Assembly: GCA_030141605.1 (NCBI GenBank)
Contig: JAQGDQ010000088.1
Span: 248,001-312,000, forward strand
Direction: 5' to 3'
DNA: 64,000 nt
From: Tubiluchus corallicola
Lineage: Eukaryota > Animalia > Priapulida
Shown: positions 49,701-62,200 of the stretch, piece after piece
How the letters are laid out: each line of letters starts with the position of its first letter
Position numbering within the stretch: position 1 is the first letter of the stretch
Program-made: the position numbers and the translations under genes
Notes under the pieces: model-generated
The model's database searches: none
Seen by the model: the letters and a program-made list of their open reading frames with translations, nothing else
What the model was told of the DNA's origin: nothing

Positions 49701-52700
49701 TAGTTTAAACATAATTCATTATACGATTGGATCAGACAGTTTGAACAACATGATTTAGGATCCTCACCACAACAGACTTTATACACTATTTACAAGAACA
49801 TTTACAGTAAGAATAGACTATAATTACACAAGCTGACAAGTTTTACTACAAGAATACATTAGACATTAGTAGAAAATGACGGTTAGAAAATATTAACGTA
49901 CGAATATTTAAGACTGATGCATTTCATATAAGATAGAAACTACTGGAAGCGTTTAGTACGTAATATAAAGTCATGTATGCATTGGAATATTTTACAGTTA
50001 GCAACATAGTTAAATTCATCTTTTCCGAAAAATAACAACTTCAACAGATCATTATTTCTTAAGGCTGCTATATTAAGGTTTTCGGGCAGAAGTATTCCAT
50101 TTAATTTATCAAACATAACAACCCTAGCTAGTTGATACAATGGGCAGTGCAAAAAAAAGTGTTCAACAGACTCAAATCGAAATCCACAGTTACAATTCGG
50201 CAATAATGGATGACCGTTATTATCTTCACAGCCTTTAGAGAAAAGGTCATAGTTTAGCTGAGAAAATCCGATTCTCATGCGTGTATGATGCACTGATATT
50301 GGAGGTTTACCAAATGAAAAATGTTTCTTATGCAACGAAAAACTTAAATGAGATTTGAGCTCCTGTTTGAATTGTGAAATGGATGTAATTTCACGAATGT
50401 TCTGTGGTAAACTTAGTACTTATTACTCAATTATTGTCAAGCAATCCGCCACAACTGCTGCAACTAAAATGCCTAACAATTCAACTAACTATGACTTAAT
50501 CTAACAATTTAAGTAACAAATAGATTACAACACAAAAGAATGATTAATGAAAGCGGAGCTAGCGACCTCCAAACCAAAGACAAGAACTTGTCTCTGTTTC
50601 ACAACTTTAGAAATTAGCTCTAATTAAATATGCATATGTGTCTCCACATTTGAAGGACATCGTTGAATCAATGCTAACACAACTGCTCATAGTCTTGATT
50701 AGAAACTAACAACAGGATTTACTGTGAGGCTTCACATGAAAGTTGATCATCCACTGGATTCAACCATTAAACCCGAGGTTTATCCGGGAAGACAAACAGA
50801 ATTTTATTCATCAAGTACAAATGGCTAACAGTACTAGTTGAATATGTTCATTAATTAGACTTTTATAGTGAAAGCAGTGGTGCTTGTTACGTTGCTGAAA
50901 AAAGTTATCGTTACTACAATTACAATTACCTTAAATCGCAATTACAATTTGACAATGATATAAGGTCTTTAATGAACAGGTGAAAATGATAAACAATTAA
51001 ACATACATCATGCACTTAGCTAGATGTGCCTTTAAATGGTTACAAACTCTAAGAAAATCTAAGGTGTAAATCTAAGAAAACACAAACATTGTGAAAACTC
51101 CTTCACTAATGTTATGTGTAAATTGCATTATAAAAGATAATGCTACAAATCTGTTATTAGTATACATGTATGTTTAAGTACTCAAGAGTGCTTCAGGCAC
51201 AATTTAGGAAAAAAATGTCAGTAAAACAAAACACAGAAAGGCTTGCCAGTCCACAAAAAATTTAACAGAAGATTACAAAAATTGTATAGAATAAAGAACA
51301 TGCATTTGAACATTTAAAGTGACTCAGATACAATGGATATGAGCAACAATTAAAGCAAAAGCCAAGTTGCTTGGGAAGTTGAGTTTAATTAATATTTGAG
51401 AAAAATATTACAAAGTTTCAGCCATAAAAATGTTATAAGTGACTCGTGTAATCACACTAGTAAAATCAATTCAAAGTCGTGATTATTTCAGCTACGGCGC
51501 GCTCATTTTGAACAAAAAATAGCTCATTTTCAATGTAGACACATTCCAACACTTACGCGAGCGAACTTCGTTTGCAGCAGCAGTTACTATTATCAACTAC
51601 AAACAATCCAAAACGTTAAACGAAAGACTATTGATACTACTGTATTACTTTTGCTTTTTGATGAATCCCCATGCCCATTAGGTAACGAAAACCAGTTACC
51701 AACGATAATATACCAACACGACAAGTTAACGCCAACAAAGTAACAAGCTAAAACTGAACTCTATAAACTAAGTAAGCCGCCTAGCACCTTCTATATGCTC
51801 GCAGCATCACAGAATTCCATACTTATCTGTAATTATATTGTGTAGAACTTATGCATTATGAGGTATAATCCTGTTGATTAAAGCTATGTAGGCATTTCTA
51901 AGTTACTGCAAATTGACCCGACGAATTTTTACATAAACACGGTTAAACACAAAAATGTATTATGAGAATTTCTGAGTGAAATGCAGAAGCTTTGTTACAC
52001 ATGCGTTCGTGCTGTCCACCAGCTTACGTCATTTTTTTCAAATATGCCCGCAGCAAGGTTCGTTTGGTGGGAGATAAAACTGATTTAAATGTCTTTTGTA
52101 TTGTAAGCAAAACATTTTAAGTGCATATATTATGTGGTAAATTCAATATTTTTAAGTTTGTATTAAACACAATGAATGTTGTCTGAGAGTTGATTTTTCC
52201 TTTAAGTTACTGCGAAATGCAGCCACTGCTGTAGTGTTTTATAAGTATTTGACTACATAAGTGGCTAAGTCTACTAAATGATATATTTTGAATAAATTAG
52301 GCAAAAACTTGATCAGAAACAAGTGTAAAATTTCATTCAAATTTAATTAGCAAATTTCCCTTTACTTTTATGGCGTTCAAGTAACACATTAGTAATGTCT
52401 AACCAAAAGCTAGAAAACTTACATGGCAAATAAAATGCATGGAAGTTTTGACAGTCATATCCGAGACAGAGCTAATGCACTGGTAATACTACAGTCATAA
52501 TCCTTCTCAGTAATCCTTGGGATTATGGGCAGGGATTTATTGCAAGATTACTGAAACGGGACTGCTCTGGGATTAGTGCAGCAGCACAAGCTGGATTAGT
52601 CTTCCATAAAAGCAGGGCGCAGATAACATGTAGAGGCAATACAGCAGAAACAGCAAACGGGAAAGCTTAGTCAGTGTAGAAGTCAATCCAAAAATGTCAC

Positions 52701-55700
52701 GAGTAATACCATTTGAATATGCCTGTATCTAATTATGCCAAGTCAGAAAAACAATAAAAACAACTATTTTGCCGTATATTGGCAAATAAGGAAACAATAT
52801 CACCCAATACCACAACAGTCATGCATTTCTAAACATTTTCTCTTCTCCTAGCAGCGTTTACTTGATTAACAGCGAATTATTAAGCCGTTAAGTTGTCTTT
52901 CTCAATACTTAGTCTCGAGTAATACCATTTTAATATGCTTTTATCTAATTATGTCAAGTCGAAAAAACAAAAAACTATTTTGCCAGTAACTAGCAGAAGT
53001 GTAAGAAAATTTCTACTGGAAATAATAAAAGAGTTTTACTGAATAAATGAGTTTTGCTCAATTTAAGTAATTTAGTATTGCATGAAAAAGCAAGTTTGAT
53101 TAGGTCAACGAACTTAAATGGTAATTATAGATAGTAACCCAAAGGCATTAAGATCCATCATCTACCGTACACTAATAAATAGAGAGACAAGAACACACAA
53201 AACCACAACAGTCATGCATTTCTAAACATTTTTCTCTCCCCATTGTATGGCTGATTAATAGTAAATGATTAAATCATTATGTCGTCTGTCTCAAGAGCTA
53301 TGATGCGGTTTTCATTACAGATCATGTATGCTTACTAATGTGTTTGCGACAAGGACAAATCACAAAATTTGAGATTGGGACATATTCCTCAATTATGCGC
53401 ACCATTAACATTTAGATAGATTTTGTTTGCTTTACGTTTGTTTATGAAATTTGATGGATTATAAGTTATCTAGTAGACCTAAAGTAGCAATGAATATTTA
53501 TTAGGTTAGCCCAACTTACTGAAATTTGATAATATTTTATCCACTTGGAAAAAAATTGAAAAAAAGTAGTAGTTTCCATGTTTATAAACATGACTTACTT
53601 GTTTCTACAGTATCCTGAAATTGCGAGGTTTTGGTGTTAATAATAATTGCACAAACACAAGACATGTCAGCACTCTCTTTCTCACTCTCCCTCCATCCAT
53701 CTCTGTCTCTCACTCTCACACACAGACTCTCACTATCTCTCTAGTAATAGTAGTATCCATGTTTATAAACATGACTTAACTTGTTTCTACAGTATCCTGA
53801 AATTGCGAAGTTTTGGTGTTAATAATTGCTCAAACACAAGAAATGTCAGCGCTCTCTTTCTCTTTCCCCTTCTTGCTCTCTCTCCCTCCATCTCTCTCTC
53901 TCAGGGTTTGGTGCTAGTGATTTCTTTATCAATTACAAGCTGATACTAAGTGTTAAAGAAAGCTGACATCTAGGAAGAATTACCACCACAATAAACTATA
54001 AAAACAAGCGAATTTCTTTGCTTGGTATAACAAATGGTGTAAGCCACTTAATATCACTTATAAATGTCATACCGATATCATCAACAAGTGTATAATAATG
54101 AAGAAACATATTCAACAGGTAAGGAAAATCTGAGATATAGAAAATTTAAGATCTTTTTTTACATTAGTGGTGTTCAATTTTTTTAGGTTACTTTGACGAC
54201 CATATTACATGCAAGATGCATATTCACTATTATGCCACAATTAAACAAACACTATACCACAAGCAATTGTCCTTGTCTCTAAATGTTACAGAAACTATGC
54301 TCATACTATAATTTTATAAATATCAGTGTGCAAGCAATGCATATATACACAAGTAATAATATATTTTGCACAGTGCAGTACAGGACAACACTTTTACATC
54401 AAAAGCTCAAGTACAGTGTAGATCAATCCAAAATAATAGCTTTAAAACTATGAACAATCCAATTTTCCTTTACACCAAGTTATAATTTTTTTCAAAGACC
54501 AATTTTTCTTATCAATTTTTTTTGTGAAATGTTACGACGCAATATCGTACCTCAAAGTCCTCTCAGTCTTTAAACCAATATTTGCAAAAGTTTGCACCAA
54601 AACAGTACCGCCATGTTAAATGTATAACACAAAAGAGATGTCACCACATACATCACGTATATTGCAGGGCTCAAATTTAACGGGGTCATCCTGGAAATTA
54701 CGGTAAATCTGCCACAGGACAGGCAGAAGTCATCTGTACACTACTCCCATGACCGGTAAATTGAGCTTGCCATACTTACTAAGTCTCTGTATTAATGAAA
54801 ACTCAGTTAGCAATGCCCCTTCTACATAAAATTGTAATTGAATTGTATTGCAGATTGGATGCGGAAGATACTCGTGGATCGGATGTTTGCAAATTACAAT
54901 TATCATGAACTGTAACTTTGATAAACCATGTGTGCATCACGCGATGTACACTTGAATGTTTAGTAAATGAGCCAATAATTTTTTTACTTTGTCATATGGG
55001 TATTACCTAACATTGACATTTTGTTTGTTCCCATCTTTGTGATGGAGTGCAAACCTCAGAACAGCCAAAACTATGTTTAATTTTTTGTCACACATTTTTA
55101 TGGCAGTTCAGTTGTAGATTTTTCAAAATATAAGCTATAGTTGTACAGGATTTGCGGAACGATAACTCACATTTCCACTGTGGTTGTACTTGATTTGTAA
55201 TTTTCATTTTTATATCATCTCCCAACATAAACTAATTGACATACCATTAGGTGTAACTTACATATCATAAAATCATATATCATGGAATCAAAATTATTCC
55301 TGTGAGCAGGATTGCAGATTGGAAAACTTTGCGGTTCAGGAACAGATCATGGATTTGAATCAATTCAGTTGCAGATAACTGTTGACAGCAAAATGCTGAT
55401 TTCCCGCACACTATGGATTTGCAAATTTGTGGATTGAGAAATAAGCGACTTTTCTCTGATCACTTGTTACTACGAAAATGCCACCACGTTAATAACATCC
55501 TTGCTGGCGCATGCTACATTTGAACTACTGCTTACACAGGCACCAAACAAACTGCTTTGAAAACAGTAAAAATACGAAAGAAAATGATGAAATACAAACA
55601 TATTTGACTAAAATGTATAGAGTTGCTACTTGAAAATTTAATTACGCAAAATTCAACAAGGAAATTTATTTTTGTTTATTAAAGGCTCTGTTGTTTTTAC

Positions 55701-58700
55701 TTTTTATGATACCACTGGACCCAATTACTTATCAGCCATGCTGCATGCAGCATGTGTGTAAGTATCACCAGGGACCACATAGCATAATTGCCAAAAAAGA
55801 AATTTGCATATTTGCAAATTTATGTGTCGTTTCAAATTTTTATGAAAATGACTTGAATGAGGAAACTTACTGTTTAATATAGATTGGACAGAAAAAGCAT
55901 AGATGTGTAAGAAAAAATATGTTCTATAATACTGTTAAATTGCTCTACAAAATTAACGTTGTACAGAATTCCTTACGCATTGAAAAAATGGGGACAGGTA
56001 AATTTCTGTGAGGACAGACAGATTTTTCAGCTGTTTGTCCCCATTTCCAGCTGAAAAAATTGCTAAGTTTGCACCCTGTTCTGCAAACTAAACAGAGCTT
56101 AAAGAAGACCTGAGAATACTTATGAGAAGGTATAGATATACTGCACTCACATAAATCACGTGTGATAATAAATGAACAATTTCATATAGATTTGTTCGGA
56201 CTAACTGGTATTAGCTTAATCCACACAAGATACGGAGAATATAAAGAATTTCTTAAAGCTCACATGAGGCCATGCAGTCAACTAGTTTAAAGTTCTGTAC
56301 TAATGGACCACAGTTGTAAGAATATTCACTTGCTAGATCAGGCCGAACTGGACCACAGGACTGTCGCCTTGATTCAGTTCAGCATTAAGTCTAAAGTGTT
56401 CTGTACTGACCTGGTTCAGTAAATAATATGTCTTGCGATGTTTGATCAAAACTCAACTTGGCAAGTAGGAGATTCATTACTAAACAAGAAATTATATTCT
56501 TCATCACCTGATTAAAACCCAAAATGCAATTTTCTTAACTTTGCGCTTTTCTGTGTTGTCTTTTCCAAATAACCCAAACACTCCTAAATTAACTGTCTGC
56601 ATCAAGAGCTAAGAAAAGATAAACTACGCTATTACTTTATAGGGTCATTTCGAACTGTAGTTTTTTCAGGAACTTAGCTCAAACTTGGCAGTAACGAGTA
56701 AACTAACCACCTGACTCGACAGCAAAATAGCAAGTTCTTTGTGTGACTTGGCTTGGGAAAGCTAATGCAAACTTTGTGCTTGATTCAGCTTAGTTCAGCA
56801 CTAATTCACCAAAACCAGCAGGTGTGGCAGTGACTTTGGTTCGGCAAATTAGAAGTTGCTGATCACTTTTTTTGATAATTTACCTTTCGCCTACTTAATC
56901 AGCATCTACTTGTATTTACAAGTAGCTTTTTGGTACCTACTTATATCTACTTTAGGTGTGCTATAAGTTCAACAGCCTAATGAAATATAGTAGTTATACA
57001 ATATTATATGGCAGCGAGAGAAATTGAAAAATTCCAATGTAGTCTACATTCTGCAAGTCTACCCAACCATTTTTAACTTTTATATCTGTGAATTCCTTCT
57101 TTTCACAATGGGAAAAACAGAAAAAAGCAATACTTCTTCTCATCACATTCTTGCTTCCTTTACACTTAAATTTTGGGAAGCTATAAAACTGCATTATTAA
57201 TCATGCTTCCCAGATTTCTTAGTGAAATGCATCTAATTTCAGGCAAGTTATGTTAACTAAATCCTTACAGTGATTTCTACCCTTGCCTTACCATAATATA
57301 TCACCAAACTTCATTACCTGTATTGAAATTTAACCATTAAGTACCTAAATTTACCTGGTTCCTTATTTGAAAACTGACTAGTAGGTAAATGAAGCTTGTC
57401 TGAAACTTCAGCTGGTGGCGCAAGTAGCTTCTCCTGGTCATGAACATGTGAGGAAGGTAACATGCTTTGTGAAGATGTAATCGCCATTCGTCCTACAGTC
57501 ATATCAGATAACTTCGAGCTATGTGTTGCAAACAACTGAAAATAAACAAAACAGAGTCCGCATAATGTGAACCATATCACTAGTAGTGATAGCAATAATA
57601 TATTAGTAATTCAAATTTTTAAAGTATAACTCGTTTAATTAACTGATTCATTTAAGAATTAACAATGTAAATTTCTAGACCAGTAAATAAAAATATTAAA
57701 ACTAGGTGATCATTTTGACAGGCATCATTGGTCTACTAAAAAAGCTGGTACTTCTGAATTCAAAACCAACTATGTCTAAAAATATGTTTTTTATTTCAAG
57801 CTAATGAGTTCATTTCAGTTCATTCTGTTATGGTATCTGGTAGTATTATAACTGTTATTAGTAGTATAAAACAATTATAATTTTAATAACTTTTGCACAA
57901 CATGCAGTTGTCTGAGTTCCTAAAAGTCAAACGACAGAATGTCACATAAGGTATGTGGCTTTGAGTAATAACTAATTATTAATTAGATCAATTGTTTATA
58001 TTTACTTTGGAACCTAGATAACTAGATAATTATAAAACTACTTACAATATTCACTTCAAGAATTTCAAGTTAACTTAAATTAAAGTGTGTCCAGGCCGCA
58101 CAATGTGCATAACATTGATTAGTAAACCACAATGCAATAAGCAACTAGCTAGACAAACATGTCTGCAGTCAATGTAACCACACTCATACTAACAGGCTTG
58201 AAAAGTTTAGCTTTAAAAATAACTTTAGAAAAACTAGCATGTTACTTGTCAGTGTTCAAAAAAGGTTCTGAATAAGTCAAGTACTTGACATATGACAAGA
58301 AGCACTCATAGTTGCACGTGACGCAAGATTGCCAGCTGATACAGTCATTCATAAGCTAAGTAGCTGACAAAAACAAGCCAAATAAATAAAAGTAACAAAA
58401 TTCGTGCTAGGGTGAATTTCTACATCACAGCCACATGTATTTATTACACAAAATCAGTTTGAGAGTCAAGAAGTGCCTTTTATTTCAATTTGTCCCTGAT
58501 AAATAATATTTATTTTAATTGTCTAAAGGCATCCTGTGGTCAATAACAATGATAATTTTTGTTAATGGGTCATTTTTGTATAAACATCCTTGATAACTAA
58601 GCCACATTTAGAATATGCCCAAAATTTAAGCCAAATAATAATTCTGCTGAAACATACACATTGTATAGAATTTATTTTTACAAGTATGAACAAACTTGAT

Positions 58701-58977
58701 AATAACTGTAAATCTTTATACATGCTATTATAAAAATTTTCTTTTGCATTACCTTACTGGCACGAGTTTATGTTAGGTAATCGAATGACGGGTTACGCAA
58801 GCCAAATACCATGGGAACAGGTTTTGGGTTATATAAATTTTTGAAATTTCGGAAACTGATATTTTGTACTAAACTTACCGGCGTCGAACCCACTGCATTT
58901 TCTGAACTAGCAGATGTTTGTGTGTTAGCTGCAACCCAGGCTTCAGCAAAAGTCTCCATGGCCGAGTGAAAATCCAT
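33717..58977 (-). CDS. dve: Defective proventriculus/Compass (SATB-related) homeobox protein, COMPASS domain plus two K50 homeodomains, 677 aa
   Basis: Exons 58977-58879, 57535-57355, 39901-39713, 38941-38815, 36740-36635, 35048-33717 total 2034 nt with compatible phases. COMPASS-like region: [55 protein letters not shown]1: [31 protein letters not shown]2: [30 protein letters not shown]. Linkage of the two most 5' exons rests on phase compatibility and the [18 protein letters not shown] start. Confidence 0.9.
41198..41266 (-). mobile_element. tRNA-derived SINE head or tRNA pseudogene
   Basis: The minus strand reads GGGCTGTG-TGGTCTAGTGG (A box)...GTTCAAATCC (B box) at tRNA-like spacing, but the stems do not pair well. 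Confidence 0.5.
41612..42155 (-). mobile_element. Old Helitron/Helentron-like non-autonomous element
   Basis: Begins ACTAGCAAAAGACACACAAAATATTTGT, resembling the array terminus CTAGCAAAGGCCCCGCAAAAGATTTTGCG. It shares GCGAGAATTT and TGTTTGGTCA with the array and ends with (ACAA/ACAG)n and CATAACTTCC..GAGGTAA. Confidence 0.45.
42205..42425. repeat. TGTGCCATTTTT minisatellite with inverted partner at ~41400-41450 (foldback-type arm)
   Basis: Several (T)GCCATTTT(T) units; the reverse complements AAAATGGCA and AAAAATGGCACA occur at 41409-41450. Confidence 0.6.
42782..42857. promoter_or_regulatory. K50-homeodomain site cluster (candidate enhancer)
   Basis: GGATTA 42793, GGATTA 42815, TAATCC 42852, plus AAATCC at 42782 and 42829. 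Confidence 0.5.
44130..44600. repeat. Mixed trinucleotide low-complexity tract (TTG/CTG/GTG)n
   Basis: Degenerate TGTTGT/TGCTGC/TGGTGG runs that give compositionally biased ORFs in several frames. Confidence 0.9.
46572..46800. repeat. (GA)n/purine-rich microsatellite upstream of BHMT
   Basis: ~230 bp of GA/GGA repeats ending ~270 bp before the BHMT ATG. Confidence 0.95.
47072..48286 (+). CDS. BHMT: Betaine-homocysteine S-methyltransferase, single coding exon, 404 aa
   Basis: Uninterrupted ORF; first ATG at 47072 (the track starts at an upstream TTG). Contains [55 protein letters not shown], Zn ligands GINCHFDP and [31 protein letters not shown] and [16 protein letters not shown] signals at ~48380 and ~48414. 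Confidence 0.98.
   Translation: MEHVINCNSHSKKKGILERLEEGPVIGDGGFVFALEKRGYVKAGPWTPEATVEHPEAVRQLHREFLRAGSDVMQTFTFYASDDKLENRGNVALSMYTGARINQAACDIAREVANEGGCLVAGGVSQTPSYLSGKPKEECQEEYRKQMKVFVSNHVDFIICEYFEHVEEIEWAIEVAKETGLPVAGNMCIGPEGDLHGASCEECAVRMAKAGADIIGINCHFDPLTCVEGVKLMKCGLDDAGLKRHLMVQPLAFHTPDCNRQGFIDLPEFPFGLEPRMCTRWDMQKYAREAYNAGIMYIGGCCGFEPYHIRAIAEELAEERGILPKASEKHDMWGEGLRLHTKPWVRARADKDYWKNLRPASGRPYAASMSKPDCWGVTKGDECLKQHKEATTDEELNSIKEFKK
49703..50409 (-). mobile_element. 5'-truncated non-LTR retrotransposon (LINE 3' end) with 13-bp TSD
   Basis: The ORF end [44 protein letters not shown] is the Cys/His-rich C-terminus of LINE ORF2. AACTTAGTACTTA flanks both sides (49690-49702 and 50410-50422). Confidence 0.85.
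51354..52201. mobile_element. Non-autonomous DNA transposon (MITE), TTAA TSD, Kolobok-like; copy B
   Basis: TTAA|AGCAAAAGCCAA ... TTGATTTTTCCT|TTAA; diverged homologue of 7034-7847. Confidence 0.8.
52498..52598. promoter_or_regulatory. Dense K50-homeodomain site cluster (candidate enhancer)
   Basis: TAATCC 52498, TAATCC 52511, GGATTA 52520, GGATTA 52570, GGATTA 52593, plus GGATTT and AGATTA variants between them. Confidence 0.6.
52699..53295. repeat. Diverged local segmental duplication
   Basis: CGAGTAATACCATTT..AACTATTTTGCC at ~52700 and ~52916; ACCACAACAGTCATGCATTTCTAAACATTTT at ~52808 and ~53202. Confidence 0.8.
53565..53902. repeat. Tandem duplication, 2 copies, ~180-bp period, each ending in (CT)n
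   Basis: AGTAGT.TCCATGTTTATAAACATGACTTA.CTTGTTTCTACAGTATCCTGAAATTGCGA.GTTTTGGTGTTAATAAT at ~53568 and ~53749. Confidence 0.9.
54665..56078. mobile_element. Possible old hAT-like non-autonomous element
   Basis: CAGGGCTCAAATTTA at 54665 versus TAAGTTTGCACCCTG ending 56078 (imperfect TIR), with GGACAG/GGTAAAT subterminal motifs at both ends. No intact 8-bp TSD. Confidence 0.4.
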
Positions 58978-59356
58978 CGGAACATCAAAACTTTATCAGC
59001 CCTATTTTGATATAAAAAATGCATGGTTTGTTGATTTTGTAAAACCTTGCTGCTCTGATTGTCAATTATTTTTCTGTAAATCAAAGTAATACTATATGTA
59101 TTGTTTATTTTTGTATGGACTAGTTCTCTTTGCTCTGCAGCACAGCTGAATATCTTTACTAAGATAAGAGGTAAGTCAACCAAAAGGAATGACTGCAATG
59201 ATGTCTTGAATATAGGTAGCCATCCATTTGCAACCACAATCGGTTTTGGCGGACAGGTCGTAAGACAACTACGATGCAAGTCTGGCCCGTATGTTCACAT
59301 GGTGCACCTCTACACATAAAAGGTTGTGTGTGTATGCACGCTAAGTGTAGCAACTC
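58978..59356 (-). other. Probable 5' UTR part of the first coding exon of dve
   Basis: Candidate acceptor TTTATCTGTAG|GAG at 59357 on the minus strand. The transcription start lies further upstream and was not located. Confidence 0.4.
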
Positions 59357-61179
59357 CTACAGATAAATTTAACGAAACAGATAGCTATTTAAAATTAATT
59401 TGTTAAAAAAATTGAAGGAAATATGAGTTACACATAGTTTTGTATAATTAATTAATTAAGTTGTGTTCGTGTCGAATAGTCTAAGTTGTACAGTTGGTAA
59501 GTTGACAACTGCCTGTAAAGAAGAATCCAAAATGTTTTTATTATGAAAGTGCTGAAATTTGCTTGTGCTTGCACATTAAACGGGCTACAATAAAACTTAA
59601 CAAGCCTTGATATTACAAGTTTAATTACAAGATATTGTTTTGCAAGTTGTTGAACGACCATTTTTACACCAAGCTAAGCATGCTGAGGCGATAAAATAGA
59701 ACACTTACCAAATGTAATTATTTGCCACCTAATAGCTTACTCACATTAAAGCACTGGCGTCTATCACGCGTTTCGTCAAGTAACATACCCATCACTAAAC
59801 TAACGTTTTTCTTGAGCAGTCAGCTCACTTCCAGAGTAAGAGGATTACGGAACCGAACAACAACTTATACCAAAAGTACTCTGAAAATAGTTCTGTAACT
59901 ATTAACGAGCGAATATTATACCACTTGCAAAGTATTAATACGTACTAACGCAGCCCGGTAAGTATGCTAAGGATTAATGCAATCCAAAGCTTCAGCAAAG
60001 TTATCTTTAAGTATTTAATGCGCGCAGTGATATAACAAATAGTTTCAAGAAATAAACGCACTTAAAATAGAAACATACATTGACGCATTCTGCACGACTT
60101 ACACGACAGAACCAATGTGTAGTCGTTACTCGTTAGTCGTTACTACATAATTCTTATTGTTCTGTACTAATACTCATGGTTAGATGTGATTCGTCTCGAA
60201 CTAGTTTTTTTCGAATTCAGTTTGAATCTCAAAATAAAATGAATAATTCCAAGCCCCGATTACTTCTATTTCATTGTCATTTTTCTTCAAAGTCTGATTC
60301 CATTTAATTCAGACATTGAGGTATTAATATTTATTCGAGTTTTGCTCCCACTTCTATCTGCAACTAACAGAGTAAGTTCTTCTACTCCTAAAGATGGATT
60401 TGGTCAAAAGTGTTGAACACCTTTTTTATCTTAGCTATCTAAGTTGTTTTTAGTTAGAAAGCTGGTTTTTGCAAGGTTTTAAGGGTTCCTTTAAGGTGAT
60501 TACTTCTGGTACATCACTTAGGTGTCCTGGCCATCCTAATTTTTGAATCTTGACTTTTGAACTCCGCGGAATTTTTTTCATTCTAGTGTATAAGTCTTCA
60601 TTAAATTTTTGATTATGTATTGCTATCTTATCTTTAAAACTTTCCTTAGAAGGCTTCTATGAAATGTGTCAATCTGCTTTTCCTGAGTAATTGTTAAAGC
60701 CCATGTTTCACTGTTGCATATAAATATAGTGGTAACGTAAACATTAAATAATCGAAGTTTTGTGTTAAGACTTAATTCAATGAAAATCGTTGTCATTAAA
60801 CATTTGAAATATCATGCAGTCAGAAGAGATCTTTGCGAGCTGCTCTAAAACGAAAATGTAGACATTGATATAGGCATAAACATGTTTATTAGTCTCTTCT
60901 AGTGCAAATTTACTTAAAACACAAAACTGATTAATCACACAAAATTCACACAAAAATAAAAGGAAGGAAATATATAACAGAAGTGATAAAGTGGGTGCAA
61001 GAGAAAGGGTAGCCACAATAAATAGTGAGAGTGGCATATAGAATTTAACAAACGGGTTTTAAAGGAAAACAGGACGATTTTTCATAGCCTACCTCATTTT
61101 AAACTACCGTAAAAGTGTAAATTAAAATGTCTCTAATAATATTATTAAGTTTCTGCTAATTAAATATGTATTAGGTTAA

Positions 61180-62200
61180 AATGCCACATTCAACACTCCA
61201 TTCGGACGTTTTTGCTTCCAGAGACTTCCGTTTGGAATATGTGTGAGCCAACACATTTTTCAAAGAGCTTTGGATGACATTTTGGAAGATCTTCCAGGAG
61301 TAGTCAACATCAGTGATGACATTGTAGTTCATGGTGAGAATGATGCCGACCATGATAGAAATTTATATGGATTGATGTGCAGAGCTCTCAAAGGACTAAT
61401 TTTTAACCCAGTTAAGTGCCAAATTAGGTGCACCAAAGTGTCATTTTTGGAAACATATGTAGCAGCAGTGGAGAGCGACAAGATTCAAGCAAGGTTCAAG
61501 CAATTGTGGCGCTCATGCCACCAACGAGTGTCACCGAGTTCCAGTTATTCCTCGGTATAATTATGTACCTTGCACCATATATGACTAAACTCAGCGAGTT
61601 AACTACACCACTCCGACAGCTACTCCGAAAAATGTTGATTTTTAATGGCATCACGAACTCCAGGCCAGTTTCGACCAGTTCAAAGAAGCAATCAGCAGAA
61701 CAACTACACTAGTATTTCGATCCATAGAAGCCAACTGTGATTCGTGGATGCCAGCCAGTGTGCCCTTGGAGCGGTTTTGCTCGAGAATGATAAACCCACT
61801 GCGTTCGTATACAAAAGTTTGACAGAGACCGAAAGGCATTATGCTAATATCGAGCGGGAACTCAGCCTGTGTTTACGGAGTGGAACGTTTCCACACGTAT
61901 ATTTATGGAGCACTATTCATAGTGGAGTCTGATCATCGTCCACTTGAAATGATATCGCATAAGCATTTTTCCGCAGCACCAGCACCTGACACCAAAACAA
62001 ACGCAGAAGCAACCTGAACGAGTACAACAAGGAACCGAGCAGGCAAGAAGGCACCTACACAAAGGACACAAGTACTGACACAATGGAGAAGCATCGTACA
62101 GTAACCCGCACCAGCGGACTTCCTATCTATACTGGAACCATACCCACACCATGGAGACGGAAACGGATTCGGTACAAGCCATTGAAACTGAAAAACTACG
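61180..62200 (+). mobile_element. Degenerate Gypsy/Ty3 LTR retrotransposon pol (RT, RNase H, integrase tail)
   Basis: RLPFGICVSQHIFQRALDDILEDLPGVVNISDDIVVHG (YxDD-equivalent), EFQLFLGIIMYL, DASQCALGAVLLENDKPTAFVYKSLTETERHYANIEREL and ESDHRPLE, with multiple frameshifts. Confidence 0.92.
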
